DNA from: Lytechinus pictus
Lineage: Eukaryota
Reading direction: 5' to 3'
Length of the DNA: 64,000 nt
Assembly: GCF_037042905.1 (NCBI RefSeq)
Contig: NC_087252.1
Coordinates: forward strand, 7,876,001 to 7,940,000
The position numbers were made by a program, and so were the translations under genes. Below, piece by piece: positions 13,001 through 24,338 of this stretch (position 1 is the stretch's first letter; every line of letters starts with the position of its first letter). Below the pieces are notes generated by a model that made no database searches, had not been told where the DNA came from, and was given only the letters and a program-made list of their open reading frames with translations.

Positions 13001-14365
13001 ACATTATATTCATCCCTTATATTGCCTTATTTAAATTATGGAATTTTAGCGTGGGGTAACACACAACAAACACTCTTAGACAAATTACTCCTATTACAAA
13101 AGAAGTCTCTACGTATTATATGTCACACGGCATATTTGTCTCATACTGACCCATTATTTTTTTAACATAGAATATTGAAAATTAAGGACTTATATTTGTT
13201 TAATCTCGGTCAGTTTATGTATAACTATAACAACAACAACCTCCCAAATGTATTCAATTCAATGTTTCCAAAAAATCAATCCATTCACAACTATCCAACA
13301 AGGCGATTGGGTGAATTTCATTTACCACTTTTAAGAACTTTGCGGGCTCAGAACACATTTATATACGATGGACCGAAGTTATGGAACTCACTTCATAATG
13401 ATATAACAAATGCAAAATCTTTGAACTCTTTTAAGACTAAATTCAAATTATCTCTATTAAAACCTTATAATATACTCCCAAATTAATTTTAATTCATCAT
13501 TTCTGTCAAGTCATCATCATTATTATGTCAAGTCATCATCATTATTACTTTAAACTAAAATTAAAACATAAAATTATTATCCTTTTTTTATTAAAAAAAT
13601 CTGACACAAGTCCTTCTCAGATGTGCTCATTATTGTGTCTATCCTCTCCTCTATTTTCTCCTCTCCAGTCCGCTTATCCGCCTTCCTACCGGTTATTTGT
13701 TTAACGGCATCAATCACATTTTTCGTGCATTATATTCTTTCCAGGTTATTTTATATATTTTTTCTCCTCTTATACACATCATTGAATCCAGTTTGCTTGA
13801 GTCCACGACGGCATGTGTTCTATCTACGTACAGCAGCACCCATCCATCTTCTCAGGGCATTCTCCCCCTTTTTCCCTTTTTTTTTTCTTCTCAAGTTTTT
13901 CTGGGGGGGGGGGGTGGGAAGGGTAGATATTTTTAGGACGGGTTGTTTTGTCCTTCACCAAACTGTATATTTTTTATTACTTTGTATTTATTTTGTGAGT
14001 ATTTCCCTCTCATTTATTCATTCTTTTCTCATTTGATTATCTGTATTTATACTTTGTTATTTTGTTATTTGTTGTGTTATCTATTTCTTGAGGGGCCCAC
14101 ATTGTACAAGCATTGCTTTTTAGTGGGTCCCTCCATTTCCATCTAAATTTAATTTCTATTGAAAAATAGTATATATATTTAAAACATACAGTGTGTTGCC
14201 CAAATCGTCTAAGTGTTTTTTTTTTTTTTTTTTTTTTTTCACTACATATGTATAATTAATTTTGTTTGCAACGGATACAAATATTTATGTTTTATATATG
14301 GTATACAATTTGTTTTTGTTTGATGGAAGTGAAATAAATGAATTTGAATTTGAATTTGAATTTGA
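10020..14365 (+). mobile_element. Non-LTR retrotransposon, L2/Crack/Daphne-like (CR1-L2 group); 5' boundary uncertain
   Basis: APE+RT ORF, ~880-bp 3' UTR with a stem-loop at 14090-14133, ending AATAAATGAA(TTTGAA)n. Confidence 0.85.
10373..13486 (+). pseudogene. LINE ORF2 (AP endonuclease + reverse transcriptase) with one in-frame premature stop at 13163-13165
   Basis: APE motifs HLNIRS, GLTETW, GGGVALY, YRPP, GDFN, PTR, IDNIF, TDH; RT motifs NYRPISLL, QFGFR, LDFSKAFD, GVPQGSILGP, FADD. The 13175-13486 ORF is in the same frame and continues the typical C-terminus (HNYPTR, GPKLWNSL, FKTKFK). Confidence 0.92.
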
Positions 14366-15144
14366 CCTGGGATGGGGCCCCATTATAATAAAGGTTCGAT
14401 TCAGATCAATTGCTAATTCGAAACAACCGTTCTGATTGGTTGCCGGTCCGCCTTTATAGATAATTATGCATTCAACAAACATTTTGATTGGTCAATGTCA
14501 TCAGTCGCTAATTTCTTGCTCGGGTGCCGAAGTACTGACACCAACAGTTCATCCATCAGTGTACCCTAGTTTCATTTTCTTTTGTCGCTTTTATACCGCT
14601 TCCAAGAATACAAAATCTTTTGCGATATAGATATCAGCGGCTTCAATAGTAATAATTGACCAAAAAGCCTAAAAACCTGATAAAAAATACGTGTTTTGAA
14701 TGAGAGCGTCGTAAACAACATCAACGGTAAATAACGTAGACCATGTGAACCAAAGCAAAATGCATTTCAGATGAATGCATTGTTGAGGCCTATGATACGT
14801 CACAATATATTTTCAAGTTCACCCACTCGACCCCTTTAATAACAAAATAGATAATCTGTCAATCTTTCATTTGAATGCAGCTATATACATACATTCCGGT
14901 GTCATAATAATCTCTGAGGTATTGTAAATACCTGGAATTCATGAGAAAAAATAAAATGATTTGTTCGATGTTATCAGGCCCCCTTTCCATATTTCTTCGA
15001 AGAGATTAACATGGTTAATTCGAGTTATAAACATCATTTCAATGTGAATTTGGAAAAAAGTTTGCTACCATTCCGATCGGTGACCATAGTGACGCTGTAC
15101 TTTTCACTTTTCCTAATATGATCCTGGTAAATCATTAAAAATAA

Positions 15145-15154
15145 TATCATCATC

Positions 15155-15185
<31 letters not shown>

Positions 15186-15276
15186 CCATGATCATCATCA
15201 CCATCGTCATCATCATCATCACCACCACCATCATCATCACTGCCATCGCCATCATCATCACCATCATTATCATCAT
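15145..15276. repeat. (CAT)n microsatellite
   Basis: Visible triplets. Confidence 0.9.
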
Positions 15277-15728
15277 AGGACTACATTATCATAATGTTTA
15301 AAAATATAAATAAATAACAATTCAGTAATAACACGATAACGTGATTTGTAAGTCCAAGTTAATTATCTTTCTAATAGATTAGATAAATTCAGAGACATAC
15401 ATGTTTTTTGGCAGTAATGGGCCTATATTCTATTTTCATGTAACCAAAATATGAGGATTTTTTTTCAAGAAACTAAGAAACGAGGAAATTGAAACTGCCA
15501 TCACGACAATCGATAATTGAATAGGATTAATCTTCAAAATGTTGGCTTATATATTTCATCATGTTTTTCTTTTTCAAGAGATACATTTCTTTAAAAAAAT
15601 GCGAATTTCAGATTGAAAATATATATATGATTCATATAAATGTAAGTACATCAAACTGATATTTGTTAAAATTTGAAAAATGTTGACTAGTCACTTTATA
15701 TTAACTAACATTTCTTTTGGTAAACTTA

Positions 15729-15905
15729 ATTTGATTTGATGTGATTTGATGCGATTTCATTTCATGTTCATCTCGATATATGAATTAACACATTGCAAAT
15801 AATTACGTATGTACAATTTAACAAGATTATTATGCAAACAGGTTGATAATGGAGGAGGCGGCTAATAGAAAATCAAAGATTGCAGCAATATGTGGCCTCT
15901 TCAAA
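15729..15905 (-). mobile_element. Probable truncated LINE 3' end
   Basis: On the minus strand a GAGGC...AATC-TTT-GATT...GCCTC stem-loop is followed by a TGAAA/ATCAA-type repeat tail. Confidence 0.4.
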
Positions 15906-16734
15906 TGGAAAGGTGGAGGACAAATAAAAAGAAATAACGAACACTTAACAATGATACAAAACAATTTACCTTGATGTTGATTTCAATTGTTATTGCTTGG
16001 GTTATTTACCTAACGATTCTTTCCATGTCCATCTCTACAACAATAGCACCCTATTTTTCTCCCTTCATCTCTTTCTTTACCATTTTGCGTCATTCCATTC
16101 TCATCATCAGGACCACGTACTTTCTTTCAAAACAATTTTCGGTCCTCTTATTTTTATATTTCGGATATGCATGGCTTGACTTTAAAGCGATCAAACTGGG
16201 TCAGAAAAATATAATTCTAAAGACAGCGGGCATGAACATGATTTCAAAGAAATAGTGATAATGGCTTTGAGGCCAAGAAGCGTTACGAATTTGAAAGGGA
16301 GCCCATGTTAGGAGATTCCTATCGAGGGTTCAATGACTCTATCAACGATGAAAAAGTTAGTCTTGCTATAGATTCTTCTATTTGATATTTCGGTTTTATA
16401 TTACCTCTATTCTCTTTATTAATATTGTTATTTACAAACATTTGTGACGATTTTCTCCTTTTCTTGTTTCATTTTATTTGTCCCCTCATCATCTTCATTT
16501 ATTTCCTCTTATTTCTTCTTCTCTCCCCCTCGATCCTCGTAATTTTCTACATACATAATTTTTTTTCTTTCGACGACACCAAAATCGAAAGTTCTAAACT
16601 TTGACAAAAAAAACGACGACGGCCGCCCTCTTGTGATAAAATATGGATTTATGAAATGGAAGCCGATAGGAAAGGGTATAGGAAGGACTATAGGGGATTG
16701 GATGACGGAGAAGAAGAAGAAGACTGTAAAAGAA

Positions 16735-16883
16735 CACTGTAAAAATGACGTGCTAATTTAGCACTTTCAGTGCTTGTATAGTGACTGCTGATTTTTCTAG
16801 TTTAAATTTAAACTAGATAATCAGCACTCGTAGTGCAGTCACGCACTGTGAAGTGCTAAATTAGCACTTCATTTTTTACAGTG
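16735..16883. mobile_element. Palindromic CACTG-ended (CACTA/EnSpm-like) MITE
   Basis: CACTGTAAAAATGACGTGCTAATTTAGCACTT mirrored by AAGTGCTAAATTAGCACTTCATTTTTTACAGTG; centre CTAGTTTAAATTTAAACTAG; AA on both flanks; lies within a GAA repeat. Confidence 0.85.
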
Positions 16884-18240
16884 AAGAAGAAGAAGAAGAG
16901 AAAGGAGACGAATAATAATAAGAAGAAGAAAAAGGAAAAGAAGAAGAAATGGTGTTTCGAAGTAGTTGAAAAACCCAGTTTGAAAAAAAGGCGTTGGAAA
17001 ATATAAAGTAGAATAGAAGGCAGACAAAGCTTGGGGTGGGGGGGGGGGGGGTGAATTTTTTGCCAATTCGACCACCAATAACCCTGCCAGAATAGAAATA
17101 CCCCTTTTATTTCGCAATTTTCTCAGGGGGAGGGGAGAGAGAGGGGGTGATTGTAAAGAAGAACCGTCTGCAAAACAGAATCGATCAATTTTCTGTGCCC
17201 ACTGAGACAAGGGTTCACCTTTCCCTGTTACTGGTTGGATGATAAACAAGATGTCACACAGTCATGTAACCCAATTATCGTGATTTCTATCCCAGGTATA
17301 ATTGAAGCCAACGCCTGTCACCTGTTAGCTTCTTGCAGAGTGGCAAGTGATGACATTTTCCGTGTCGTCTGCTTCATCACTCAGTGTCGTAAAAAGTACA
17401 TACATTTTGGCGCGAAATCATCAACGACACTCTCCCGCCAAATTCCTGCTAATTTTCAGGTTGTGTCTGCATGTATGATTACAATAGTTTGTTGACCCTG
17501 ATTTTGAAGATGTAATAAAACTCAGTGACGTACCTATAAACACTGTACTCGAGCAATTCCTAATTGAATGTTGCCCCTTCTGAAACCATGGGCTTGAGTT
17601 GACAACAGCGCCCCTTCTAGTATCTGACGCCAGCTGGAGGGTTAGGTACATTATATGTTAAAAGTCGTTTGCGGTTCTCGAGACCATGGACCTACTGTTA
17701 GGTCCACGTCGAGATCAACCATCCATATATATTTTTTATTATTCTTTTCGTCAATTTTTCTTCTATTCCCGTCACTTTTTTTTCTCTTTTGCGCCCTTTG
17801 ATAATGGTTTCTGTTCAGGGGCATTTCCTCTCTTTCGTCCTACAGAAGCACAACTAAAAAGAAAAATGATAACGAAAAATAGGAGGGGGGTGTTAACAAA
17901 AAAAATGACGAAATGCAGCTCTAGCCTTGCATTTTGTTATTTTTTTTGTTTTGTCCTGCGAGTTCTATTTAAATTTTGAATTAAAATTAGACTTCGATTT
18001 TAGATAACACAAAGTAGTTGCATCCCGTGCATGTACAACCACGTTGGTGTTATAAATGGAAATTACGTAGAAAGAAATAATTATGATATTTTTGTAGGCA
18101 TTTTATATTACATTAGGTCATAATGGAAATATTTTCACACTGTGGACACCTCGACAATGTGATTTCACATTGTTTGCCACAGTGTGAACACACTGTAACA
18201 CAAACACTATGTTCTTTCCAATAGGTATTGGGCATAGTGT

Positions 18241-18519
18241 TCTTTCTTTCTTTCTTCTTTTCTTTCTACTCTACTCTCCTCTCTTTCTTTCTTTCTTTTT
18301 TCTTTCTTTCTTTCGTTGCTTTTTCTTTCTTGTTTTCTTTCTATTTTCGTTTTTTCCTTCCTTCCTTCCTTCCTACATACATTAGTTCCTTCCTCCTTTT
18401 TTTTTCTTTCTCTCTTTCTTTCTTTCTTTCTTTGAACTTTCTTTCCTTCCTTCCTACTTTTCTTTTTTTCTATCTTTCTTTCTCTCTCTCTCTCTCTCTC
18501 TTTCTTTCTTCCTTCCTTC

Positions 18520-18560
<41 letters not shown>

Positions 18561-18575
18561 TTCCTTACTTCCTTC

Positions 18576-18670
<95 letters not shown>

Positions 18671-18672
18671 TC
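18241..18672. repeat. (TTTC)n/(TTCC)n microsatellite, 5' flank of Tx1 element
   Basis: Pyrimidine tract that becomes pure TTTC next to the element. Confidence 0.95.
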
Positions 18673-18881
18673 GTGAGGTAGTTGTGTTTTTTTCGAGCTC
18701 CGGTTTTTCTGGTTTTTCACTGATTTATATGACCATTTGGTCCTTGATTTTTGTACCATTACAATTGTGTTGGGTTATAGATTGATATAGTCTCGATCCT
18801 CCTTCGTCAGGTTTACCAATTTTAGTGTTTTTTAAACACATTTTCTGTTATTTTTTGTAAGGTTTCTAGACTGGTTCGTAC

Positions 18882-20426
18882 ATGGCCAGCCAAGCAAACC
18901 AACGTAGTGTACAGGGCCAGCGTACCACAAGTGCAGCTGGCCCTTTGTTAAACAATGTAGGACATTTTAAAAATGTCACCCGTCACAATGGTGTAAGCTT
19001 TCAAGCTATTGAAAATGTAACGATACAATCTTATATCAATGTCTTTACTACAACTATACCCGCTAATGACGTAATATCTGCCTCTCGCATCTCTAATGGT
19101 CGCATAGCTGTGTATCTAAAATCAAAAGAAGCTGTTATCAATGCTGTACAAAAAGGCCTTGAGTATGAGGGGGCCTTTCTTGAACTAACTCCCCTTGTAC
19201 GGCCCACTACTCGAGTCATTTTATCTAATGTATACCCAGAACTACCGAATTCTGTCTTGACTGAAAATCTAGCACCTTTTTGCAAAGTTGTGTCCGACTG
19301 CAAACCAATACCTCTAGGATTTAAAGACAAACGTCTAAACCATATTATGAGTTTTAGAAGGCACGTTCAAGTGTTAGTGAAACCTAACACAACACTTCCA
19401 GATAACATTAATTTCGTGTTTTCAGGTATGAACTATCGTGTTTTTATTTCAACTGAGTCAGTCAGATGTTTTAACTGTGGTGAATTTGGTCATATTTCCC
19501 GCAATTGTAAGAAACCTCAAACAAGCACAAATACTAATCAGTCAAAGACAAACGCTGCCCCAGTTTCAAATGACACGAGAGTGCGCCAGCGCGGATCCTC
19601 CCCGCCCCTCACTACGGTTTCGGACCCCATGCCACCATCACCTCCCCCCTTGGCGGCAACTACAATGCCCCCACCTGTACCCACCTCCTCTGATTTCCCT
19701 AGTTTACCACCTCGTGATTGTGGGCCCCTTTCTACCTCAGCCACCCCCTCGCGCATCAGGAAGCCTCAATCCTCCCCACTGCACATACCTCTGACATCAC
19801 CTGCTCAGCCGTCCAGCAATTCAACTACCACGCCCATAGTCGTGTCCTCCAAGTCCCCTCCCCCCAAATCTATTTCTGCGTGCCCTTCGCCTGTGTGGAA
19901 AACTCCCCCATCACCTGTCCGAACTTTCTCTGAAGTTGTTTCAAAACGTAAGCAACTAACACCCGAATCAAACGAAAACAATACTACTCTCACTACACTG
20001 AAGGCCCCCTCTCCTCTTCGGAAAGTGGCCAGGAAAGCTCCCTCCTCCCAAACCGAAACCGTAGACTCTCCAACCTTAACGCAAGTCCTTGACTCCCAAA
20101 CCCCCAATATCCCTCCTACCCCATCCTCCACAGTTGGAGATTCATCTACCGACACTGACTCCATGACTTGGGAAGATGCCCAAACGGATGAAGATGTCCC
20201 GAAGGAAGATGCACTCCCATTGACTCAAGGCCCCCTCTCCCAAGGCCAAATTGTGAAATTTCTGTCAAACGTAAAAGGGCGGAAAAAGCCTGCCCAGATT
20301 GCACGGAAATATACATCAAATATTCCAGGGCTAGTTAAACAATTAAAGCCCCTGAAAAACAGCCCCCTAGTAAAACGTAACATGCAGCAGAGGATATACA
20401 AATTGATCAGCACTCTGGAGAGCTAA
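18882..20426 (+). CDS. Tx1-type ORF1 nucleic-acid-binding protein (514 aa)
   Basis: N-terminal region of Tx1 ORF1 type (TRHNGV, SASRISNGRIAVYL, LSNVYP, HIMSFRRHV), CCHC knuckle CFNCGEFGHISRNC, long Pro/Ser/Thr-rich linker, basic C-terminus. Confidence 0.9.
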   Translation: MASQANQRSVQGQRTTSAAGPLLNNVGHFKNVTRHNGVSFQAIENVTIQSYINVFTTTIPANDVISASRISNGRIAVYLKSKEAVINAVQKGLEYEGAFLELTPLVRPTTRVILSNVYPELPNSVLTENLAPFCKVVSDCKPIPLGFKDKRLNHIMSFRRHVQVLVKPNTTLPDNINFVFSGMNYRVFISTESVRCFNCGEFGHISRNCKKPQTSTNTNQSKTNAAPVSNDTRVRQRGSSPPLTTVSDPMPPSPPPLAATTMPPPVPTSSDFPSLPPRDCGPLSTSATPSRIRKPQSSPLHIPLTSPAQPSSNSTTTPIVVSSKSPPPKSISACPSPVWKTPPSPVRTFSEVVSKRKQLTPESNENNTTLTTLKAPSPLRKVARKAPSSQTETVDSPTLTQVLDSQTPNIPPTPSSTVGDSSTDTDSMTWEDAQTDEDVPKEDALPLTQGPLSQGQIVKFLSNVKGRKKPAQIARKYTSNIPGLVKQLKPLKNSPLVKRNMQQRIYKLISTLES

Positions 20427-20480
20427 TTCCTTTTTACCTTCTCTCCATTCATTACGTACGCTCAAGTTGCTATAGCCATA

Positions 20481-23400
20481 ATGGCACTGTCAATGCTGAC
20501 CCTCAACACCGGAGGATGCTCCTCCCAAACTCAAAATGCCTCCTTCCGAGTTTATGTTGAGCAAATTGCATGCAACCCGCTCGTTGTATTTTTACAGGAA
20601 ACTTACCACCTTAAAGATAGCAATCCTTGCTGGAGCAACTGGTCGCATAAACCTTTTTGCTCACCCGGTATTACTCGAGGGTCAGGAGTGACAACTTTGG
20701 TTAATAATTCTCAAGTCGATATTTTATCTACTTGTATTGTTTTTGATGGCTATATATTGTATAACAAGCTCTCCCATAATAACTGTATTTATCATGTATA
20801 CAACACACTCATTCCTCAATCTGATGAAATGGCAATTAAAGCTATTAATGCCCTTAATTGTCATATATCCACCTGTTGCGAAGATAATATTGTGATTGTG
20901 GGTGATTTTAATTGCACTGAAAATCCTGCGATTGATCGTTTGTGCACGCTCACAGAACGCAGACCTAAACTTGTTACGGCTTTGCAAAATGTTCTGAATA
21001 AATCTTCTCTTTGTGATGCATGGCGTTTTCTAAATCCAAATGAAAAGAAATTCACCTGGCAACGGCACAATCCAGCCAGTGCACAGGGCTTTTCAAAGTC
21101 TAGATTAGATCGATTTTATGTACCATCGTGTCTAGTTTCTTCTATTCATAAGTGTGAAATTATACCTTGTTCCTTATCTGACCACTCTGCAGTTTCTCTA
21201 ACCTTGAAATTTCCAATACGAGCTAAAGGAAAAAGTGCATATTGGATTTTTAATAACACTCTTTTGGAAGACGAAAGTTACATTGATATTATTCGTCTTT
21301 TTTGGTCAGATTGGCAAAAAGAAAAAAATGACTTCCCGAATCTTGCATCTTGGTGGGATTTCGGCAAGGTTCATATAAAATCAATTACTCAAATGTATAG
21401 CAAAAAAATAGTACAAAGGAAAAGGCAAGCTCTAATAGAAATTAACAAAGAGATTGATAAACTTCAGAGCGCAAAAGAATCTAGCCAACAAGATAAATAT
21501 ACTCTCGACGAGCATAGAAATGCATTAAACTCGTTACTGAAAAATGAAGCACGCGGAGCTCTTGTGAGGTCTCGCTTTAAATACACAAATGAAACAGACT
21601 CATGCTCCAATTTTTTCTTCAACTTAGAAAAAAAGAATTCCTTATCAAAAAGTATATCCCGCATTCGGCTCGCTTCGGGACGTATTTCGGAGAACCCTTC
21701 TGAGATAAAAAATCATGTTCGGGAATTTTATGAATCTCTTTACACTCGAAAGCCAACTGACAAGAGCGCCATCAATAGTTTACTTGTAAATATCAAGACG
21801 CTTGATCCGTCCTTATCAAAGGACCTTGAGAATCCAATATCTGTAGAAGAACTTGATAATGCTGTCAAGCAGCTAGGCAAAAATAAGTCTCCTGGTATCG
21901 ATGGACTTACCTCTGAATTTTATCATGTCTTTTGGCCCATGCTCAAAGATGATTTTCTCGAAGTTCTTACCTCCTCTCTTGAATCTGGATTTTTACCATA
22001 CTCTTTTAGGAGGGCGGTCATTACTTTACTCCCCAAAAAAGGAGACCTCGCTGATATTTCAAATTGGCGTCCCGTCTCCCTCCTCAACACAGACTATAAA
22101 ATTTTTGCTAGGCTGCTTGCCAGTAGGCTAAAATCATGCATTGACCATGTTATTGGAAGAGACCAAAGTTATTGTATCCCCGGTCGTTCTATTTATGACA
22201 ACATTAATCTCATTAGAGATATTTTGTTCTATGCAAACACTGATAATATTTATTTGGCTGTATTGAACTTGGACCAGAAAAAGGCATTTGATAATGTAGA
22301 TCATGTTTATTTATTCAATGTTATGAAACGCATGGGCTTTGGAAGTCATTTTATATCTTATATACAAATTCTGTATGAAGGGGCTGAAAGCCTTATTAAA
22401 GTGTGTGGATCCCTGACAGCTCCCTTCCCCTTTGAGAAAGGAATACGACAGGGATGCCCTCTATCAGGGTTGCTATATACTCTCGCCATTGAGCCTCTCC
22501 TGAACTCACTAAGAGAGAACGTGTCAAATCATGCATTAAATATCCCTGCTATTAACAAACGTTGTGTAGTATCTGCATATGCAGACGATGTATCGATATT
22601 TGTTACAGCCGATGCTGGCTTTGAATTAGTTGAACAAACTTACAATATGTTTAGTCTGGCCTCTGCTGCATGTTTAAATACAAAAAAATCACAAGGCCTT
22701 TGGGTCGGCCGTTGGAAAGGGCGGAATGATAAACCCCTCAACTTTTCTTGGAATAGTGAAGGTCTCCCTTTTTTAGGAGTTCATTTAGGGAACACCTTTA
22801 ATTATTCTAAACAAAACTGGATTAAATGTAAAGAAAGACTTAATAAGACTTTCATTTCGTGGTCTCGTTTATCGAACTCACTCTCATTTAAAGGCAAGGT
22901 ATTGATTGCAAACCAGCTCGCTGCATCAAAAATATTTCATGTTCTTGCAGTTCTTTCTCCTCCTGAAAATGTATTAAACGAACTTCAGAATTTAATTGTG
23001 AATTTTATCTGGTCAAATAAGCGGCACTGGTTAAAGAAAGAAGTGTTGTATGAAAAACCTGACGAAGGAGGGCTGGGGCTAGCTTGTCTCCAAGCTCGTG
23101 TTCTAACTTACAGATTTTCGATTATTCAACGGTTTCTTTCGTTAAATTCTCATCCAGTAAATGACTTTATGGCTCATTTTCTGAGACAGTATTGTAAATT
23201 AGGATTTGATTACCATTTGTTCTTTACAAGAATTGATCCTAAGTTTTACACAAGTCTTCCAGTTTACTATAGTGAAGTTCTGCGAGCTTGGTTGACATCT
23301 GGAGCTCGAATTGTGACACAATCCCTCTCTTTCAGCCATGCAATTAACATGCCCTTAAGTAGTTTTCATATTATTGATGCAATTGATGTTGATAATTTTT

Positions 23401-24338
23401 TTCCGACGCGCCTGATGGCATGCGGAGTGAAACTAGTTCGCCATTTGATAAACCACTCAACCGGTCTTTGGATTGAGAGTAGCTGTCTCCAAAAGAACTT
23501 TCCAAGAGGACTTCGACAACCATCATCGCGTCTCATCGAACGTGAAACATTACTCATTCGAACTGCACTCTCTAAAGTTTTTCCTACATATTTTAATGAC
23601 TCAGGCTGTCAACACGAATACTCTGATTTATTGTCTGTTCCAGTAACTCCGATCAACTTCACTCTGGCTTCTTCCGAAAATGGACTTACTGCTTCTTCTA
23701 AAGCCATCTACACAATCTACAGGAAAGAACTAGATAACACGACAATCTCATCAAGCTCACATTGGCATGATACTGGATTTCTCGATCCATCTACAAAAGT
23801 GAACTGGCTATCTATCTATCAACTACCAACACCTAAAAAAGAGGCTGATATTCAATACAAACTCCTTCACAATATTTTACCGTCGCTCACTGTACTCCAT
23901 CATCTTAATACAGACATTTCTTCTTTTTGCGGATGGTGCGGAGAAGCAGGAACCATTCAACATCTGTTCATCGAATGTAAAGGAATTCAACCCCCTCTCA
24001 ATCTTCTTCATAGACTGTTGAACAATCTCCTCCCCTCTCTCAAACTTAATTTTGACCTGTACTGGGCACTCATTCCGCATGCCAGAGGGCGTGACAGAAA
24101 GATTATCCGCCTTGCTAATTTCCTTATTATTAGTTTAAAAAGTACAATTTATTTTATGTACCGTACCTCAAATTTCACCGATCCACTTATAATTTGGTTA
24201 CATCGTCTCAAAAACAGAATACTCTATGAATTTACTTATTACAAATTATGTTCTAATATTGATGCTTTTTCACGTAAATGGTGTATGAATAGATTACTTT
24301 TTACAATTAACGAGGGCAGCATTGCATGGCTCATTTAA
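20481..24338 (+). CDS. Tx1/L1-type ORF2: AP endonuclease, reverse transcriptase, C-terminal Cys/His zinc motif (1285 aa)
   Basis: FLQET, GDFN, SRLDRFY, SDH; KSPGIDGL, WRPVSLLNTDYK, LDQKKAFD, GIRQGCPLSG, AYADD, FLGV, GGLGL; CGWCGEAGTIQHLFIEC. Uninterrupted reading frame. Confidence 0.95.
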   Translation: MALSMLTLNTGGCSSQTQNASFRVYVEQIACNPLVVFLQETYHLKDSNPCWSNWSHKPFCSPGITRGSGVTTLVNNSQVDILSTCIVFDGYILYNKLSHNNCIYHVYNTLIPQSDEMAIKAINALNCHISTCCEDNIVIVGDFNCTENPAIDRLCTLTERRPKLVTALQNVLNKSSLCDAWRFLNPNEKKFTWQRHNPASAQGFSKSRLDRFYVPSCLVSSIHKCEIIPCSLSDHSAVSLTLKFPIRAKGKSAYWIFNNTLLEDESYIDIIRLFWSDWQKEKNDFPNLASWWDFGKVHIKSITQMYSKKIVQRKRQALIEINKEIDKLQSAKESSQQDKYTLDEHRNALNSLLKNEARGALVRSRFKYTNETDSCSNFFFNLEKKNSLSKSISRIRLASGRISENPSEIKNHVREFYESLYTRKPTDKSAINSLLVNIKTLDPSLSKDLENPISVEELDNAVKQLGKNKSPGIDGLTSEFYHVFWPMLKDDFLEVLTSSLESGFLPYSFRRAVITLLPKKGDLADISNWRPVSLLNTDYKIFARLLASRLKSCIDHVIGRDQSYCIPGRSIYDNINLIRDILFYANTDNIYLAVLNLDQKKAFDNVDHVYLFNVMKRMGFGSHFISYIQILYEGAESLIKVCGSLTAPFPFEKGIRQGCPLSGLLYTLAIEPLLNSLRENVSNHALNIPAINKRCVVSAYADDVSIFVTADAGFELVEQTYNMFSLASAACLNTKKSQGLWVGRWKGRNDKPLNFSWNSEGLPFLGVHLGNTFNYSKQNWIKCKERLNKTFISWSRLSNSLSFKGKVLIANQLAASKIFHVLAVLSPPENVLNELQNLIVNFIWSNKRHWLKKEVLYEKPDEGGLGLACLQARVLTYRFSIIQRFLSLNSHPVNDFMAHFLRQYCKLGFDYHLFFTRIDPKFYTSLPVYYSEVLRAWLTSGARIVTQSLSFSHAINMPLSSFHIIDAIDVDNFFPTRLMACGVKLVRHLINHSTGLWIESSCLQKNFPRGLRQPSSRLIERETLLIRTALSKVFPTYFNDSGCQHEYSDLLSVPVTPINFTLASSENGLTASSKAIYTIYRKELDNTTISSSSHWHDTGFLDPSTKVNWLSIYQLPTPKKEADIQYKLLHNILPSLTVLHHLNTDISSFCGWCGEAGTIQHLFIECKGIQPPLNLLHRLLNNLLPSLKLNFDLYWALIPHARGRDRKIIRLANFLIISLKSTIYFMYRTSNFTDPLIIWLHRLKNRILYEFTYYKLCSNIDAFSRKWCMNRLLFTINEGSIAWLI

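Noticed and set aside
18138..18206. Outward-facing CACTGTG/CACAGTG heptamers resembling V(D)J recombination signals or RAG-transposon ends
   Set aside because: The right side has only an imperfect nonamer at 13-nt spacing, the left side has none, and the heptamers are explained by the hairpin symmetry.
18228..18785. 185-aa Phe/Leu/Ser-rich ORF and the KERK-repeat antisense ORF; likewise ORFs at 24397-24800
   Set aside because: Translations of TTTC microsatellites.
19031..20413. Antisense and alternative-frame ORFs within Tx1 ORF1
   Set aside because: Expected by-products of C-rich coding sequence; no motifs.
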